A stretch of DNA of 64,000 bases, taken from assembly GCF_056712565.1 (NCBI RefSeq), contig NZ_CM160072.1, one strand, 5' to 3'. Below, piece by piece: positions 1-15,686 of the stretch. Position numbers and translations under genes: made by a program. The notes under the pieces are model-generated. The model worked only from the letters and a program-made list of their open reading frames with translations. It had not been told where the DNA came from and searched no databases. The first letter of the stretch is position 1, and each line of letters opens with the position of its first letter.

Positions 1-1442
<1,442 letters not shown>

Positions 1443-1456
1443 AGGTCTGGTAATAC

Positions 1457-1556
1457 TGCCGGATGCGGCGTGAACGCCTTATCCGGCCTACAAAGTCTTG
1501 CTAATTCAATATATTGCAGGGGCTATGTAGGCCTGATAAGCATAGCGCATCAGGCA
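1457..1556. repeat. REP/BIME-type extragenic palindromes (two copies)
   Basis: gccggatgcggcgtgaacgccttatccggcctaca and gtaggcctgataagcatagcgcatcaggca are typical E. coli REP units. Confidence 0.7.
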
Positions 1557-1577
1557 GTTTTGCGTTTGCATAACCTC

Positions 1578-1600
1578 AGCGCCCGTTTCCGGGCGCTTTT
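1578..1600 (+). terminator. Rho-independent terminator after cmoAB
   Basis: GC hairpin agcgcccg-tttc-cgggcgct followed by TTTT. Confidence 0.6.
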
Positions 1601-1606
1601 CACGTC

Positions 1607-4036
1607 TTATGCCTGAACAGCTGGCTGATCAAACGCCGTTAACTTCGGCGCATTGCCCGTATATTTTTCGATATACACCAGCGCAGTGTTACCGGCACAG
1701 GCATTCGCCAGCTGCGAGCTGGGGATATCCGCCGTTAACACGTTCGCACTACCGTTTTTACACAAGCCATTTTCCAGATCTAGCCATGCACCTTCATGCA
1801 CGCATACCACGCCTTTTTTGATCCCGTCAGTCACCACCGCGCCTGTCAGAATCTGACCGCGCTTGTTCCAGACACGCACCAGATCGCCATTCGCAATACC
1901 AAAGCGAGCAGCATCTTCGGTGTGAATAGTGATTGGTTCACGATCGGCAACCGCATATTTTTTACGCAGTTCCGCATAGTTAAGCTGACTGTGTAAACGG
2001 TGTGCCGGATGTGCGGTCAGAAGCTGCAACTGCTTCTCGTCGGCGGTACCCTTCCACTCATCAGGCGCAAGCCAGGTTGGGTGTGCCGGGCAATCCTTAT
2101 AGCCAAATTTTTCCAGCGTTCTGGAGTAAATCTCAATTTTGCCGCTTGGTGTACCCAGCGCATTTTTCACCGGATCGGCGCGGAAATCACCATAACGAAT
2201 GTACTGTTCGTTCTTCTCGCTGCGGCGCATTTCGATCAGTTTATTTTGCTGCCAGAAGGCATTAAACATTGGCATCGTCACGCGTTGCGCACGCGCACCT
2301 TTCTGAGCGGCATCATAGAAAAATTTCAGCCACGCCATTTCATCTTTACCTTCGGTATAGATCTCTTTTCCGCCAGGTTTGAGTAATTCAGCAAGATCGG
2401 CAAACACGTCAAAATCGTTGCGCGCTTCAAATTGCGGAGCGACAGCCTGCTTCATCGGCACAATATGCTGGTTGCTGTAATCACCGGTCATCGTCAGGTC
2501 ATTGCGCTCAAACGATGTGGTGATCGGTAATACGATATCTGCATGTTTAGCAGCTGCGGTCCAGTAGCATTCAGAAACGACGATCATCTCCGGTTTCTGC
2601 CATGCTTTAATCAGACGATTAGTATCCTGGTGATGGGTAAAGTTACCGCCACCCGCCCACCAGATCATTTTGATATTCGGATACGTTTGTTCTTTACCGT
2701 TATGCTGATATTTGCCGCCAGGATTTTCCAGCGCATCGACGATACGGGCAACAGGAATCGCCGTAATTCCGCCATCATCAGCGGCCTCGCTGGCCTGTCC
2801 GGCAATCGCCGCAGACATTTCTGGTAGCACTCCGCCAACACGCGTCGGGTTGCCACCGTTGGAGTAATGATAAGAGAAACCAAACCCGCCGCCCGGTGTA
2901 CCAATCTGCCCTAACATCGCCGCCAGCGTCACCAGCATCCAGTGTTTCTGTTCACCATATTGCTGGCGCTGAATTCCCCAGCCTGCCATCAGCATTGTGC
3001 GATTTGCCGCCATCAGTTCAGCGAGTTTGACTATCTGCGCTTCCGGTACGCCAGTAATTTCCGCCGCCCAGGCCGCGCTCTTCGGCGTATTATCGCTCTT
3101 ACCTGTCAGATACTCTTCAAACTGCGGATACCCGGTAGTGTATTTTTCAAGGAACACTTTATCGTGTTTGCCTTGTGTCATCAGGGTATGCGCAATCCCT
3201 AACATCAGTGCCACATCGGTGCCCATATTCGGTGCGATCCAGGTGGCATTATCGCCAAAGAATTCGATGGTTTCGGAGCAGATAGGATCAATGGCAATCA
3301 CTGGTTTGCCAGATTTTTTCAGCTGATGGAAGTATTCCAGCCCTTGCTCATCGGTACTGCTCCAGGCAATTTTGAGCGTGTTCAGCGGGTTCATCCCCCA
3401 CAGCACCACCACCTGGCTGTTTTCCAGAATAAGCGGCCAGGAGGTCTGCTGTTCATACACCTCTACAGAACCGACCACATGCGGCATGATCACCTGTGCC
3501 GCTCCGGTTGAATAATCGCCGCTATGCCCGGAATAACCGCCCGCCAGGTTCATATAACGTTGCAGTAAGGTTTGCGCTTTATGCAACACGCCAGAAGAAC
3601 GCCAGCCGTAAGATCCGGCAAAAATGGCCGATGGTCCGTTAGCTTTACGAATACGATCGTGTTGTTCATGAATCAGTTTTAATGCTTGTTCCCAGCTCAC
3701 CTGTACATAGGTATCTTCGCCACGACCTTTCGCCGGTTGCAGTGGATTATCGAGATAGCTTTTTCTCACCATCGGATGCTGAATACGCGCCGTGGTGTGT
3801 ACCTGATCCGCCGCCGTAGACTGTAAGGAGTTCGGTATGGTTTTCGCCAGCGCGCCTGTCGAAGAAACAATCTTGCCGTCCTTCACTTCTACGTTCATCG
3901 CTCCCCAACGGCCCGCAGTGAGAATTTTGCCGCCCTTCTCTTCTGCCCATGCGGGTAGCGGTGCAGCCGATGTCACCACCAGCGTCCCTGCCGCAATACC
4001 GCTATGTTTAATAAATTCACGTCTTGTTAATGTCAT
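1607..4036 (-). CDS. torZ: Trimethylamine-N-oxide reductase 2 catalytic subunit TorZ (molybdopterin, Tat signal)
   Basis: ORF 1607..4054; start set at the Met preceding the twin-arginine motif ([10 protein letters not shown]) with a GGAGG 8 nt upstream, giving 809 aa. Confidence 0.85.
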   Translation of the reverse strand: MTLTRREFIKHSGIAAGTLVVTSAAPLPAWAEEKGGKILTAGRWGAMNVEVKDGKIVSSTGALAKTIPNSLQSTAADQVHTTARIQHPMVRKSYLDNPLQPAKGRGEDTYVQVSWEQALKLIHEQHDRIRKANGPSAIFAGSYGWRSSGVLHKAQTLLQRYMNLAGGYSGHSGDYSTGAAQVIMPHVVGSVEVYEQQTSWPLILENSQVVVLWGMNPLNTLKIAWSSTDEQGLEYFHQLKKSGKPVIAIDPICSETIEFFGDNATWIAPNMGTDVALMLGIAHTLMTQGKHDKVFLEKYTTGYPQFEEYLTGKSDNTPKSAAWAAEITGVPEAQIVKLAELMAANRTMLMAGWGIQRQQYGEQKHWMLVTLAAMLGQIGTPGGGFGFSYHYSNGGNPTRVGGVLPEMSAAIAGQASEAADDGGITAIPVARIVDALENPGGKYQHNGKEQTYPNIKMIWWAGGGNFTHHQDTNRLIKAWQKPEMIVVSECYWTAAAKHADIVLPITTSFERNDLTMTGDYSNQHIVPMKQAVAPQFEARNDFDVFADLAELLKPGGKEIYTEGKDEMAWLKFFYDAAQKGARAQRVTMPMFNAFWQQNKLIEMRRSEKNEQYIRYGDFRADPVKNALGTPSGKIEIYSRTLEKFGYKDCPAHPTWLAPDEWKGTADEKQLQLLTAHPAHRLHSQLNYAELRKKYAVADREPITIHTEDAARFGIANGDLVRVWNKRGQILTGAVVTDGIKKGVVCVHEGAWLDLENGLCKNGSANVLTADIPSSQLANACAGNTALVYIEKYTGNAPKLTAFDQPAVQA

Positions 4037-4060
4037 AACTTCCTCCCTGATCAACGAGGA

Positions 4061-5161
4061 TCACTGTTTCTCGGTAATATCTTTGGCGTTGTACTGGAAG
4101 TACCGCGTCAAAATGTCCAGTTCGTTTTCGCTCATGCTGGTTCGCGCCCCCATTCCTTTGGCAATGGACGGCCATGCATTGACGGTGTAATGGTCGGCGG
4201 CAATAGGGGCATGGCAGCCAGCGCAATAGGTATCGTCAAGTTTTTCAGCGTATTGCCATAGCGGTTTACGGTCCGCTAATGCGGGATCGATAAGCGACCC
4301 CTGCAAAGACGCCTGACGCCATTGATTGCCGTATTCGTCAGCCTGCCATTCCCCGTTTACCGTTAGCGCCTTGATACCTTCTTCACTTAATGTGGCGAGC
4401 GCCAGCCGTTGACCTGCCGCCAGGTAGAGCGTGTTTTCACTGCCCTGCATTTGATAACCCTGCAACCGAACAATTGGCTGTTTACCACTGACATCAACGA
4501 CGGTAAGATCGGTACCAGGAGTCACGGTAGCCAGGTCGCCTATGCGAGAAGTTTTGAAAGGATAAATATGTGCGCCATTAGTAACTGAAGTAGCGGCCTG
4601 ACTTTCCAGCTCATGCGCCGCGTTGTCATCCATTTTTATTTCTGGCGGAAAATGGGCAATGCCTTTATGGCAATCGATACAGGTTTCGCCGTCCTTTTGC
4701 GCTTTATTATGCATTTTTTGCGCAGATTCACTTTGCGAGGCAATATCCATGGCATCAAAAGAATGGCAACTACGGCAGGTTGCAGAGTCAGTTGCTTTTA
4801 ATTCTTTCCATACTGTTTCGGCCATTTCCTGGCGATGAGCTTCGAACTTATCGTCACTGTCTATTTTGCCGCTAACAAATTCATGATAAATATCTTTAGA
4901 TGCTTTTAATTTAGCAAATAAATAATCCATCCCTGACTTTGGAATATGGCAATCAGCACATTCCGCACGTATCCCTTTCTGGTTTGAAAAGTGGACAGTT
5001 CCCTGATATTCCTCAAAAGGTTTACTCATCGAGTGGCAGGAAAGGCAAAATGCGGTATCCGACGTTTTATGTAAGGCTTTTTGCGCCAGCAATAACCCGC
5101 CGCCACCAACCACAACCGCTATCAGCAAAAACAATAACCCAATGCGTTTTTTCCCTCGCAT
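4061..5161 (-). CDS. torY: Pentahaem c-type cytochrome TorY (NapC/NirT family)
   Basis: 366 aa, N-terminal membrane anchor, several CxxCH haem-binding motifs; immediately upstream of torZ on the same strand. Confidence 0.85.
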   Translation of the reverse strand: MRGKKRIGLLFLLIAVVVGGGGLLLAQKALHKTSDTAFCLSCHSMSKPFEEYQGTVHFSNQKGIRAECADCHIPKSGMDYLFAKLKASKDIYHEFVSGKIDSDDKFEAHRQEMAETVWKELKATDSATCRSCHSFDAMDIASQSESAQKMHNKAQKDGETCIDCHKGIAHFPPEIKMDDNAAHELESQAATSVTNGAHIYPFKTSRIGDLATVTPGTDLTVVDVSGKQPIVRLQGYQMQGSENTLYLAAGQRLALATLSEEGIKALTVNGEWQADEYGNQWRQASLQGSLIDPALADRKPLWQYAEKLDDTYCAGCHAPIAADHYTVNAWPSIAKGMGARTSMSENELDILTRYFQYNAKDITEKQ

Positions 5162-5469
5162 AGATTCCTCTAATTAAATTCCAGGACACCGATACCATTG
5201 TATAAATAAATACACAACGAATTGACTACTTGCTTAATTCGGCACAACACTGCCTGAAATAATCGATAAAGAATATGATTTATTACAATGTAATCATTAA
5301 TTGCTAAGAAATAACCCAGTTGTTATTTAGAATATATATTTGTCAGTTTTGGCAATTTAAATCACATAATGAATGTGAATATATAAAATATTTTTAGCAC
5401 AACGCTATGCGCACTGTCACCCGCTCAACAGATCACGGCAATCGTTCGTTTTTTATACTGCTCAGGGAT

Positions 5470-5503
5470 AAAAAAAGGCCCCTGTTGAAATTGCAGGGGC
5501 CTG
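5470..5503 (-). terminator. Rho-independent terminator downstream of cutC
   Basis: aggcccctg...caggggcct hairpin with an A-run on the plus strand (U-run on the minus-strand transcript). Confidence 0.6.
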
Positions 5504-5548
5504 GTACGAGCAAGCATCATATTGGGCGACATGATGCAACGGTAAAAA

Positions 5549-6304
<756 letters not shown>

Positions 6305-6308
6305 TTAG

Positions 6309-6881
6309 TTACGCCGACTGCTCGCTGGCAACGATCTCTTCAATGGACCACGGATGAAACTTAATGGTTGTTTTACCATCGGTGACCGCCAGCGTCGGAT
6401 TCGGTAATCGTTCATGCTCACCTTTTGGCGAACTGGTTTTAACTGAGATCCCCGGCAGGCTGAGTCCTTCATCAGAAAGCAATGCCAGCGCACGGGCATT
6501 CAGCGTTTCTGGATCACCCGGCAGAACGATTTCAATATGTTCCCAACCTTCGTGCGGGTAACGTTTTTCCCCGGGCCACGGTAGCTCCACAATGGAAAAC
6601 TGCCAGTGCGCAACCTGTACCGGTTCATGCAATTTAAACAGACAAATCGGTCTGCCATTGATCATATTTTCTGACAAAAGCTCGCCGCACTGTTCAAACC
6701 CGCGACGCCAGCGTTCAGCGGTGACGTTTTGATGGCAACGCAAGGAAATGTGATCGGCAGTCAGCGGAGTGATATCCAACCCCAGACGGCGGGAAAGTTC
6801 ATCTAATGCGTGGGTAAATCGCGGTAAATCCGATGCAATATCCTGCAGCTCGTCGATAGATTGCCAGTTCGCCATAATCAC
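6309..6881 (-). CDS. yecM: Uncharacterised protein YecM
   Basis: 190-aa ORF (the true start may be the Met 2 codons in); conserved position upstream of argS, divergent. Confidence 0.75.
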   Translation of the reverse strand: MIMANWQSIDELQDIASDLPRFTHALDELSRRLGLDITPLTADHISLRCHQNVTAERWRRGFEQCGELLSENMINGRPICLFKLHEPVQVAHWQFSIVELPWPGEKRYPHEGWEHIEIVLPGDPETLNARALALLSDEGLSLPGISVKTSSPKGEHERLPNPTLAVTDGKTTIKFHPWSIEEIVASEQSA

Positions 6882-7090
6882 TCTTCGTCTTTCATTAAAA
6901 GCGTTAATTTACCCTGTTGCCCTGCGCCAACCAACCGCTGATTTCGCGCCGCTCCTGATGCAATAGTGAAAACGGCAATACGCCCCGCGCACGTTGCTGA
7001 CGAAAACAGCCATTTGCAGTATACTCCCGCCCTAATTTCTTTAACTGGTGCGGGCAATTTTTGCTCGCTTCATCAATGTAAGGTATTCCG

Positions 7091-8824
7091 GTGAATATTC
7101 AGGCTCTTCTCTCAGAAAAAGTCCGTCAGGCCATGATTGCGGCAGGCGCGCCTGCGGATTGCGAACCGCAGGTTCGTCAGTCAGCAAAAGTTCAGTTCGG
7201 CAACTATCAGGCTAACGGCATGATGGCAGTTGCTAAAAAACTGGGTATGGCACCGCGACAATTAGCAGAGCAGGTGCTGACTCATCTGGATCTTAACGGT
7301 ATCGCCAGCAAAGTTGAGATCGCCGGTCCAGGCTTTATCAACATTTTCCTTGATCCGGCATTCCTGGCTGAACATGTTCAGCAGGCGCTGGCGTCCGATC
7401 GTCTCGGTGTTGCTATGCCAGAAAAACAAACCATTGTGGTTGACTACTCTGCGCCAAACGTGGCGAAAGAGATGCATGTCGGTCACCTGCGCTCTACCAT
7501 TATTGGTGACGCAGCAGTGCGTACTCTGGAGTTCCTCGGTCACAAAGTGATTCGCGCAAACCACGTCGGCGACTGGGGCACTCAGTTCGGTATGCTGATT
7601 GCATGGCTGGAAAAGCAGCAGCAAGAAAACGCCGGTGAAATGGAGCTGGCTGACCTTGAAGGTTTCTACCGCGATGCGAAAAAGCATTACGACGAGGATG
7701 AAGAGTTTGCCGAGCGTGCACGTAACTACGTGGTAAAACTGCAAAGCGGTGACGAATATTTCCGCGAGATGTGGCGCAAACTGGTCGACATCACCATGAC
7801 GCAGAACCAGATCACCTACGATCGTCTGAACGTGACGTTGACCCGCGATGACGTCATGGGTGAAAGTCTCTACAACCCAATGCTGCCGGGTATCGTGGCG
7901 GACCTGAAAGCCAAAGGTCTGGCAGTAGAAAGTGAAGGCGCGACCGTTGTATTCCTTGATGAGTTCAAAAACAAGGAAGGCGAACCGATGGGCGTTATCA
8001 TTCAGAAGAAAGATGGCGGCTATCTCTACACCACCACTGATATCGCCTGTGCGAAATATCGTTATGAAACACTGCATGCCGATCGCGTGCTGTATTACAT
8101 CGACTCCCGTCAGCATCAACACCTGATGCAGGCGTGGGCTATCGTCCGCAAAGCAGGCTATGTACCGGAATCCGTACCGCTGGAACACCACATGTTCGGC
8201 ATGATGCTGGGTAAAGACGGCAAACCGTTCAAAACCCGCGCGGGTGGTACAGTGAAACTGGCCGATCTGCTGGATGAAGCCCTGGAGCGTGCACGCCGTC
8301 TGGTGGCAGAAAAGAACCCGGATATGCCAGCCGACGAGCTGGAAAAACTGGCTAACGCGGTTGGTATTGGTGCGGTGAAATATGCGGATCTCTCCAAAAA
8401 CCGCACCACGGACTACATCTTCGACTGGGACAACATGCTGGCGTTTGAGGGTAATACCGCGCCATACATGCAGTATGCTTACACGCGTGTATTATCCGTG
8501 TTCCGTAAAGCAGAAATTGACGAAGAGCAACTGGCTGCAGCTCCGGTAATCATCCGTGAAGATCGTGAAGCGCAACTGGCAGCTCGCCTGCTGCAGTTTG
8601 AAGAAACCCTCACTGTGGTTGCCCGTGAAGGCACGCCGCATGTGATGTGTGCTTACCTGTACGATCTGGCCGGTCTGTTCTCTGGCTTCTACGAGCACTG
8701 CCCGATCCTCAGCGCAGAAAACGAAGAAGTGCGTAACAGCCGTCTGAAACTGGCACAACTGACGGCGAAGACGCTGAAGCTGGGTCTGGATACGCTGGGT
8801 ATTGAGACAGTAGAGCGTATGTAA
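7091..8824 (+). CDS. argS: Arginine--tRNA ligase
   Basis: 577 aa with class I aaRS HIGH-type motif (HVGH) and recognisable ArgRS sequence throughout; GTG start per ORF track. Confidence 0.95.
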   Translation: MNIQALLSEKVRQAMIAAGAPADCEPQVRQSAKVQFGNYQANGMMAVAKKLGMAPRQLAEQVLTHLDLNGIASKVEIAGPGFINIFLDPAFLAEHVQQALASDRLGVAMPEKQTIVVDYSAPNVAKEMHVGHLRSTIIGDAAVRTLEFLGHKVIRANHVGDWGTQFGMLIAWLEKQQQENAGEMELADLEGFYRDAKKHYDEDEEFAERARNYVVKLQSGDEYFREMWRKLVDITMTQNQITYDRLNVTLTRDDVMGESLYNPMLPGIVADLKAKGLAVESEGATVVFLDEFKNKEGEPMGVIIQKKDGGYLYTTTDIACAKYRYETLHADRVLYYIDSRQHQHLMQAWAIVRKAGYVPESVPLEHHMFGMMLGKDGKPFKTRAGGTVKLADLLDEALERARRLVAEKNPDMPADELEKLANAVGIGAVKYADLSKNRTTDYIFDWDNMLAFEGNTAPYMQYAYTRVLSVFRKAEIDEEQLAAAPVIIREDREAQLAARLLQFEETLTVVAREGTPHVMCAYLYDLAGLFSGFYEHCPILSAENEEVRNSRLKLAQLTAKTLKLGLDTLGIETVERM

Positions 8825-8841
8825 TCGCGTTATACGGCAAC

Positions 8842-8872
8842 AGCCGATGTCATTGCAGACATCGGCTTTTTT
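8842..8872 (+). terminator. Rho-independent terminator after argS
   Basis: agccgatgtc-attgca-gacatcggct followed by TTTTTT; sits in the 52-bp gap to flhE. Confidence 0.7.
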
Positions 8873-8876
8873 ATCA

Positions 8877-9269
8877 TTAACGATAATTTACAATCACTTC
8901 ATTCCGTTGAATCTTTAGCGGCGGAATTAACCGCCCACCGCCAGGCACTTCCCAGATAAAGCGCAACGGTTCTGCCGCCGGTATACCGGAAAAGGCCATG
9001 GTGGTTCCACTCTGCCCCTCTAATTCGACACAACGAGATTGTGAACACAAGCGAACCCGCAGTCCTGCAGGTGTCGGACCGATAAGCTGATAACGCCACG
9101 CCACCAGCGTCATCAATCCTGAAGCAGGTTGTCGCGTAGAAAGAGGCGCTGACGACATCGATTCACCGCGATGATTTAGCGTAACGCCCACGCTACTCGC
9201 CTGCCACATCCCCTCCCCGGCGGCTTGCACCAGCAGCGGAAACAATAATATTGCTAATAAGGCTCTCAT
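8877..9269 (-). CDS. flhE: Flagellar protein FlhE
   Basis: 130 aa with signal peptide; last gene of the flhBAE operon. Confidence 0.85.
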   Translation of the reverse strand: MRALLAILLFPLLVQAAGEGMWQASSVGVTLNHRGESMSSAPLSTRQPASGLMTLVAWRYQLIGPTPAGLRVRLCSQSRCVELEGQSGTTMAFSGIPAAEPLRFIWEVPGGGRLIPPLKIQRNEVIVNYR

Positions 9270-11347
9270 TATTTGCCGCCAATCGTCGCCGTCATACGGA
9301 TATGTCGGTTATCTGATAGTTCCAGATTCGACAGCACCACTAACTGCGGCAAGCTGCGGCGCAGGAAGCGAGACAATAATGGTCGCAGCGCGTGGTTCAC
9401 CAACAATACCGGCGGCGCACCCAACATCTCCTGACGGGATAGCGCTTCCTGAGTTTGCGCCAACAAGCGATCCGCCAGCCCTGGCTCCAGTCCCCCCCCG
9501 CCCTGCAATGCCTGTAGCAACAAACGTTCCAGCGGTGTATCGAGGCCAATAACATGGACTTCATCTTTGCCAGGAAACCACTGCTGGGTAATCGCCCGTC
9601 CCAACGCCACGCGCACGACGGCGGTTAATTCATGTGGATCGCTCTGAATGGGCGCATGTTCCGCCAGCGTTTCGAGAATGGTGCGCATATCGCGAATCGG
9701 CACTTTTTCATCGAGCAGATTTTGCAGCACTTTATGCAGTGTGGTAAGCGTGACGACGCCAGGAACGAGATCTTCCGTCAGCTTTGGCATCTCCTGGGCG
9801 ACGCGATCCAGCAGCTGTTGCGCCTCCTGACGACCAAACAGCTCTGCGGCATGCTGGCTAATGAGGTGGTTAAGATGCGTTGCCACCACCGTGCTGGCCT
9901 CAACCACGGTGTACCCCTGAATCTGCGCCTGTTCTTTAAGCGCACTTTCAATCCAGATAGCATTCAGGCCAAATGCCGGATCGACGGTCGCCTCACCAGG
10001 TAACGTCCCGGCAGCGGTTCCAGGGTTAATCGCCAACCAACGCCCCGGATAAGCATCACCACTGCCTATCTCCACGCCTTTCATCAAAATGCGATAGCGG
10101 GCAGGTTGCAGATCCATATTGTCGCGAATGTGCACCACTGGCGGCAGAAACCCCATCTCCTGGGCAAATTTCTTGCGGATACTGCGTATACGGCCCAACA
10201 ACTCACCATCCTGCTGGAAATCGACCATCGGGATCAGTCGATAACCCACTTCCATTCCCAGAGAATCTTCCAGTTGTACATCGTTCCACGTCGCTTCGAC
10301 AACGGTATTATTCTCTGCCATTTTTACCGGTTTTGGTTCGGCAGGCGCTTTTTGTTCACGTCCGCGGATCCACCAGGCCAGTCCCAGCAATCCGGCAGTG
10401 AACAGCAAAAATACCAGGTTCGGCATTCCAGGCACCAGGCCGAGTAAACCGAGCACGGCGGCGCTTAATAACATAACGCTTGGGTTACTGAAAAGCTGAT
10501 TCACCATCTGCTCGCCAACATCCTGATCGGTGCTGACACGTGTAACGATGACGCCCGCGGCGGTAGAAATCACCAGTGCCGGGATTTGTGCCACCAGACC
10601 GTCGCCAATGGTCAATAGCGTATAACTTTCCGCCGCGTGCCCCATGCTCATGCCATGTTGCAGCACACCGACCAGCAATCCGCCGACAACGTTAATGACC
10701 ATGATGAGGATCCCGGCGATGGCATCGCCGCGAACAAACTTACTTGCCCCGTCCATCGAGCCGTAAAAATCGGCTTCCTGAGTCACTTCGGAGCGGCGTT
10801 TTTTCGCTTCATCTTCACCAATCAATCCAGCGTTAAGGTCGGCGTCAATCGCCATCTGCTTACCCGGCATACCATCGAGAACAAAGCGCGCGCCCACTTC
10901 CGCAATACGCCCGGCACCTTTGGTGATAACCATAAAGTTGATGATCACGAGAATGACGAACACCACGATACCGATAGCGAAATTGCCACCAACGAGGAAG
11001 TGACCGAACGCTTCGACCACCTTTCCAGCCGCCGCCGCGCCGGTATGCCCTTCCATCAAAATGATACGGGTTGAAGCCACGTTAAGTGCCAGACGCAACA
11101 GCGTGGTAAACAACAGGATGGTCGGAAACGCAGCAAACTCAAGCGTGCGCTGGGTAAACATCGCCACCAGCAACACCATGATCGACAAGGCAATATTGAA
11201 GGTAAACAGCAGGTCGAGTATGAATGCGGGCAGTGGCAGTACCATCATCGACAAGATCAACAGGATCAAAATCGGTCCGGCAAGGATCTGCCATTGTGTC
11301 GATTTCAGGTTTGCAGGCAGGCGCAGCATCGCGGCCAGATTACTCAT
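9269..11347 (-). CDS. flhA: Flagellar type III export apparatus protein FlhA
   Basis: ORF 9269..11422; start set at the internal Met (MSNLAAMLRL...) giving 692 aa and the usual 8-bp overlap with flhB. Confidence 0.9.
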   Translation of the reverse strand: MSNLAAMLRLPANLKSTQWQILAGPILILLILSMMVLPLPAFILDLLFTFNIALSIMVLLVAMFTQRTLEFAAFPTILLFTTLLRLALNVASTRIILMEGHTGAAAAGKVVEAFGHFLVGGNFAIGIVVFVILVIINFMVITKGAGRIAEVGARFVLDGMPGKQMAIDADLNAGLIGEDEAKKRRSEVTQEADFYGSMDGASKFVRGDAIAGILIMVINVVGGLLVGVLQHGMSMGHAAESYTLLTIGDGLVAQIPALVISTAAGVIVTRVSTDQDVGEQMVNQLFSNPSVMLLSAAVLGLLGLVPGMPNLVFLLFTAGLLGLAWWIRGREQKAPAEPKPVKMAENNTVVEATWNDVQLEDSLGMEVGYRLIPMVDFQQDGELLGRIRSIRKKFAQEMGFLPPVVHIRDNMDLQPARYRILMKGVEIGSGDAYPGRWLAINPGTAAGTLPGEATVDPAFGLNAIWIESALKEQAQIQGYTVVEASTVVATHLNHLISQHAAELFGRQEAQQLLDRVAQEMPKLTEDLVPGVVTLTTLHKVLQNLLDEKVPIRDMRTILETLAEHAPIQSDPHELTAVVRVALGRAITQQWFPGKDEVHVIGLDTPLERLLLQALQGGGGLEPGLADRLLAQTQEALSRQEMLGAPPVLLVNHALRPLLSRFLRRSLPQLVVLSNLELSDNRHIRMTATIGGK

Positions 11348-12488
11348 GGGTCGGTTTCTCGTTAATAAAATCCAGGGCTTCCGGCACCGGAAGATGTGTA
11401 GGTTGTACAGGGCGTTGTCCACCAGCCAGACGCCAGCGTTTCAGTTGCCAGACCCAGGCCAGCACTTCCGCCACCGCGGCGTACAGTTGACCCGGGATTT
11501 GTTGACCGATCTCCGCATGTCGATACAGCGCACGCGCCAGCGGCGGCGCTTCAAGCGTCGGGACGTTATTTTCAGCGCCAATTTCACGAATGCGCAGCGC
11601 GACCAGCCCTGCACCTTTAGCGACCACTTTCGGTGCGCTCATTTTGTTTTCGTCATACTGCAACGCTACCGAATAGTGGGTCGGGTTATTGACAATGACA
11701 TCCGCTTTCGGCACATCGGCCATCATCCGACGCCGTGCGGCCGCTCGCTGCATCTGACGGATCCGCCCTTTAACATGGGGGTCGCCTTCGCTTTGTTTGA
11801 ACTCATCACGAATATCCTGCCGTGACATTCGCAGCTTTTTCAGGTGGCTGAAGATTTGGAAAAAGACGTCAAATCCCACCATTGGAATGACACCAAGCAC
11901 CACCAGCAGCGCGCATAGCCCTACCAGATCCATCGCATTACCCATGGCGGTAATCGGAGACTCGGCCATTAAGCGCATCATCTGCGGCCAGTGATGCCAG
12001 AGAAAAAACCCCGTCACGCTGCCAACCAGGATGGTTTTCAAAATTGCCTTAAGCAACTCCGCGCCAGTCTGTGCCGAGAACATCCGTTTAATGCCCGGTA
12101 GCGGGTTGAGTTTGGAAAACTTCGGCTGCAAGGATTTTCCGCTAAATACCAGCCCCCCCAGCATAACCGGAGAAATAATCGCCACCAGCACCACGCCGCT
12201 AATCAGCGGTAGCAGCGCCAGCATGGCTTCTCTGATCAGCAGAATAATCTGCCCGAGGATCAGATTCGGGTCATTGATAATACTGTGATCAAAATGCAGC
12301 CCTGCGGAGAGCATGCCCGACAATCGACGGGCCAGCGACACACCGCCAAACCAGATAACACTAACGCCCACCAGCAAAATCAGCAGTGAAGTCAGTTCAC
12401 GGGAACGCGGGATTTGCCCCTCTTCCCGCGCTTTTTCTAGTCGGTGAGGTGTGGGGGCTTCTGTTTTGTCGTCGCTCTCGTCAGACAC
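11340..12488 (-). CDS. flhB: Flagellar export apparatus protein FlhB
   Basis: 382 aa, N-terminal TM domain, conserved NPTH autocleavage motif. Confidence 0.9.
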   Translation of the reverse strand: MSDESDDKTEAPTPHRLEKAREEGQIPRSRELTSLLILLVGVSVIWFGGVSLARRLSGMLSAGLHFDHSIINDPNLILGQIILLIREAMLALLPLISGVVLVAIISPVMLGGLVFSGKSLQPKFSKLNPLPGIKRMFSAQTGAELLKAILKTILVGSVTGFFLWHHWPQMMRLMAESPITAMGNAMDLVGLCALLVVLGVIPMVGFDVFFQIFSHLKKLRMSRQDIRDEFKQSEGDPHVKGRIRQMQRAAARRRMMADVPKADVIVNNPTHYSVALQYDENKMSAPKVVAKGAGLVALRIREIGAENNVPTLEAPPLARALYRHAEIGQQIPGQLYAAVAEVLAWVWQLKRWRLAGGQRPVQPTHLPVPEALDFINEKPTHE

Positions 12489-12609
12489 GTCGCCAATCCT
12501 GGAAAGAGTATTAAGCGTAAATGATGCCAGAGCGCAAAGCGTTCAATGGTTTGAGTAAGGGGCAAAACAGGCGGGATTTAGGGCTTTTGCCACAGCACAT
12601 CAGGCATGG

Positions 12610-12690
12610 TGACATGTTTGTCGGGTACGGCGTAAACGCCTTATCCAACCTTGAAGATCTGATGTGACGCGGCCACGTCACATCAGGCAA
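12610..12690. repeat. REP-like palindrome plus hairpin downstream of cheZ
   Basis: cgggtacggcgtaaacgccttatcc REP-like unit and gatgtgacg-cggc-cacgtcacatc hairpin. Confidence 0.5.
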
Positions 12691-12696
12691 TACAAA

Positions 12697-13341
12697 TCAA
12701 AATCCAAGACTATCCAACAAATCGTCCACCTGATCCTGACTGGCTACCACACCGGCTTTGCTGGTATCGACCTGAGGTCCATTAAGCAAACTCTGGTTTT
12801 CACGTTTTGGACGCGACTCCTGTTCCGGGATGTTTTCCAACAGCACCATCAGCAACTGACGTTCGATCTCCTGAATGACATCCATCATCCGCTTAATGAC
12901 CTGTCCGGTGAGATCCTGAAAATCCTGCGCCATCATGATTTCCAGCAGTTGCGCGTTAGTAAAGCTGGTATGCGCGGGGACATCTGCCAGAAATTGCCGC
13001 GTGTCTGTTACCAGTTCACGGGCGTCGGCAAGGTCAATCGGATCGGCAAACCAGTCATCCCAACGTTGGGTTAACGCTTTTGCTGATTTCTCCATTTGAT
13101 CCTGATGCGGTTGTGACGCCTCAACACTGTTCAGCGCCCGCTCCGCAGCCTGGGCGGTCATCTGCACAACATAGTACAAACGATCGCGCGCATCGGGGAT
13201 GGCTTCCGCTGCTTCGGCAATGGCCTGATCCAGCCCCAGCTCCCGCAAACTGTCGCGCAGCATACGCGTCAGGCTGCCGATGCGCGCAATGATATCGCCA
13301 GCTGAATGCTCGTCAGCAGGTTTGATTGATGGTTGCATCAT
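12697..13341 (-). CDS. cheZ: Chemotaxis phosphatase CheZ
   Basis: ORF 12697..13371; start set at MMQPSIK giving 214 aa. Confidence 0.9.
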
Positions 13342-13351
13342 AGTCGCATCC

Positions 13352-14805
<1,454 letters not shown>

Positions 14806-14807
14806 CG

Positions 14808-15668
14808 TTAATCCTTACTTAGCGCATACACCGTCTGACCACGCAGCGTGAAGCGGCGCTCAAGGTGGCTAAAGTTTTCAGAGTGACCCGCAAACAGCAA
14901 TCCGTCGGGTTTAAGGAGCGGAACAAAGCGGCGCAAAATCTTCTGCTGGGTAGTTTGATCGAAGTAGATCATGACGTTACGACAGAAGATCGCATCAAAC
15001 GGCCCCGGCACGGTGTACTGTTTCGCCAGTAAATTCAGCGGGGCAAAATCAACATAGTTCGCCAGCTCCTGACGCACGCGTACCAGCCCTTCATGCGGTC
15101 CCGTCCCTCGCATGAAATACCGTTGCAGTTGCTGCGGCGTCAGTTTTTTCAACTCTTCATGGCGATAAATACCGCTTCTGGCTTTTTCCAGCACTTCGGT
15201 GTCGATATCGCTGGCAAACACTTTCCAGCGTCCGGGCGCGGTGCCCAATGTATCAGCCAGCGTCATCGCTATGCTGTACGGCTCTTCGCCGGTTGAAGCC
15301 GCCGCGCTCCATACGCGATACTCGCCAGAACGGCGACGTGCGTGATCCGCGAGCAGAGGAAAATGGTGTGCCTCACGGAAAAATGCCGTCAGATTCGTGG
15401 TCAGCGAATTGATAAACGCCTGCCACTCACCGCTGTGCTGATTAGATTCCAGCAAGTTCAGGTAATGACCGAAATCCGCCAGTCCCAGCGCACGCAAACG
15501 ACGAACCAGTCGGTTGTAAACCATGTCGCGTTTATGGTCAGCCAGAACGATCCCGGCTCGTTGATAGATCAATTGACTTATCCGCCGAAAATGCGCGTCG
15601 GAAAGCGCCAGGCGCTCGGTCATCTGTAACAATAAAGACGTTTGCCCACAGGGCAGAGATGAAGTCAT
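14808..15668 (-). CDS. cheR: Chemotaxis protein methyltransferase CheR
   Basis: 286 aa, recognisable CheR sequence. Confidence 0.95.
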   Translation of the reverse strand: MTSSLPCGQTSLLLQMTERLALSDAHFRRISQLIYQRAGIVLADHKRDMVYNRLVRRLRALGLADFGHYLNLLESNQHSGEWQAFINSLTTNLTAFFREAHHFPLLADHARRRSGEYRVWSAAASTGEEPYSIAMTLADTLGTAPGRWKVFASDIDTEVLEKARSGIYRHEELKKLTPQQLQRYFMRGTGPHEGLVRVRQELANYVDFAPLNLLAKQYTVPGPFDAIFCRNVMIYFDQTTQQKILRRFVPLLKPDGLLFAGHSENFSHLERRFTLRGQTVYALSKD

Positions 15669-15686
15669 AGCGCCTTCTCAATCACT

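Noticed and set aside
7262-8191. 309-aa minus-strand ORF inside argS
   Set aside because: It lies entirely antisense to a strongly supported essential gene and has low-complexity, Cys/His-rich composition typical of a spurious antisense frame.
11061-11825. 254-aa plus-strand ORF spanning the flhA/flhB junction
   Set aside because: Antisense to flhA and flhB; no recognisable family.
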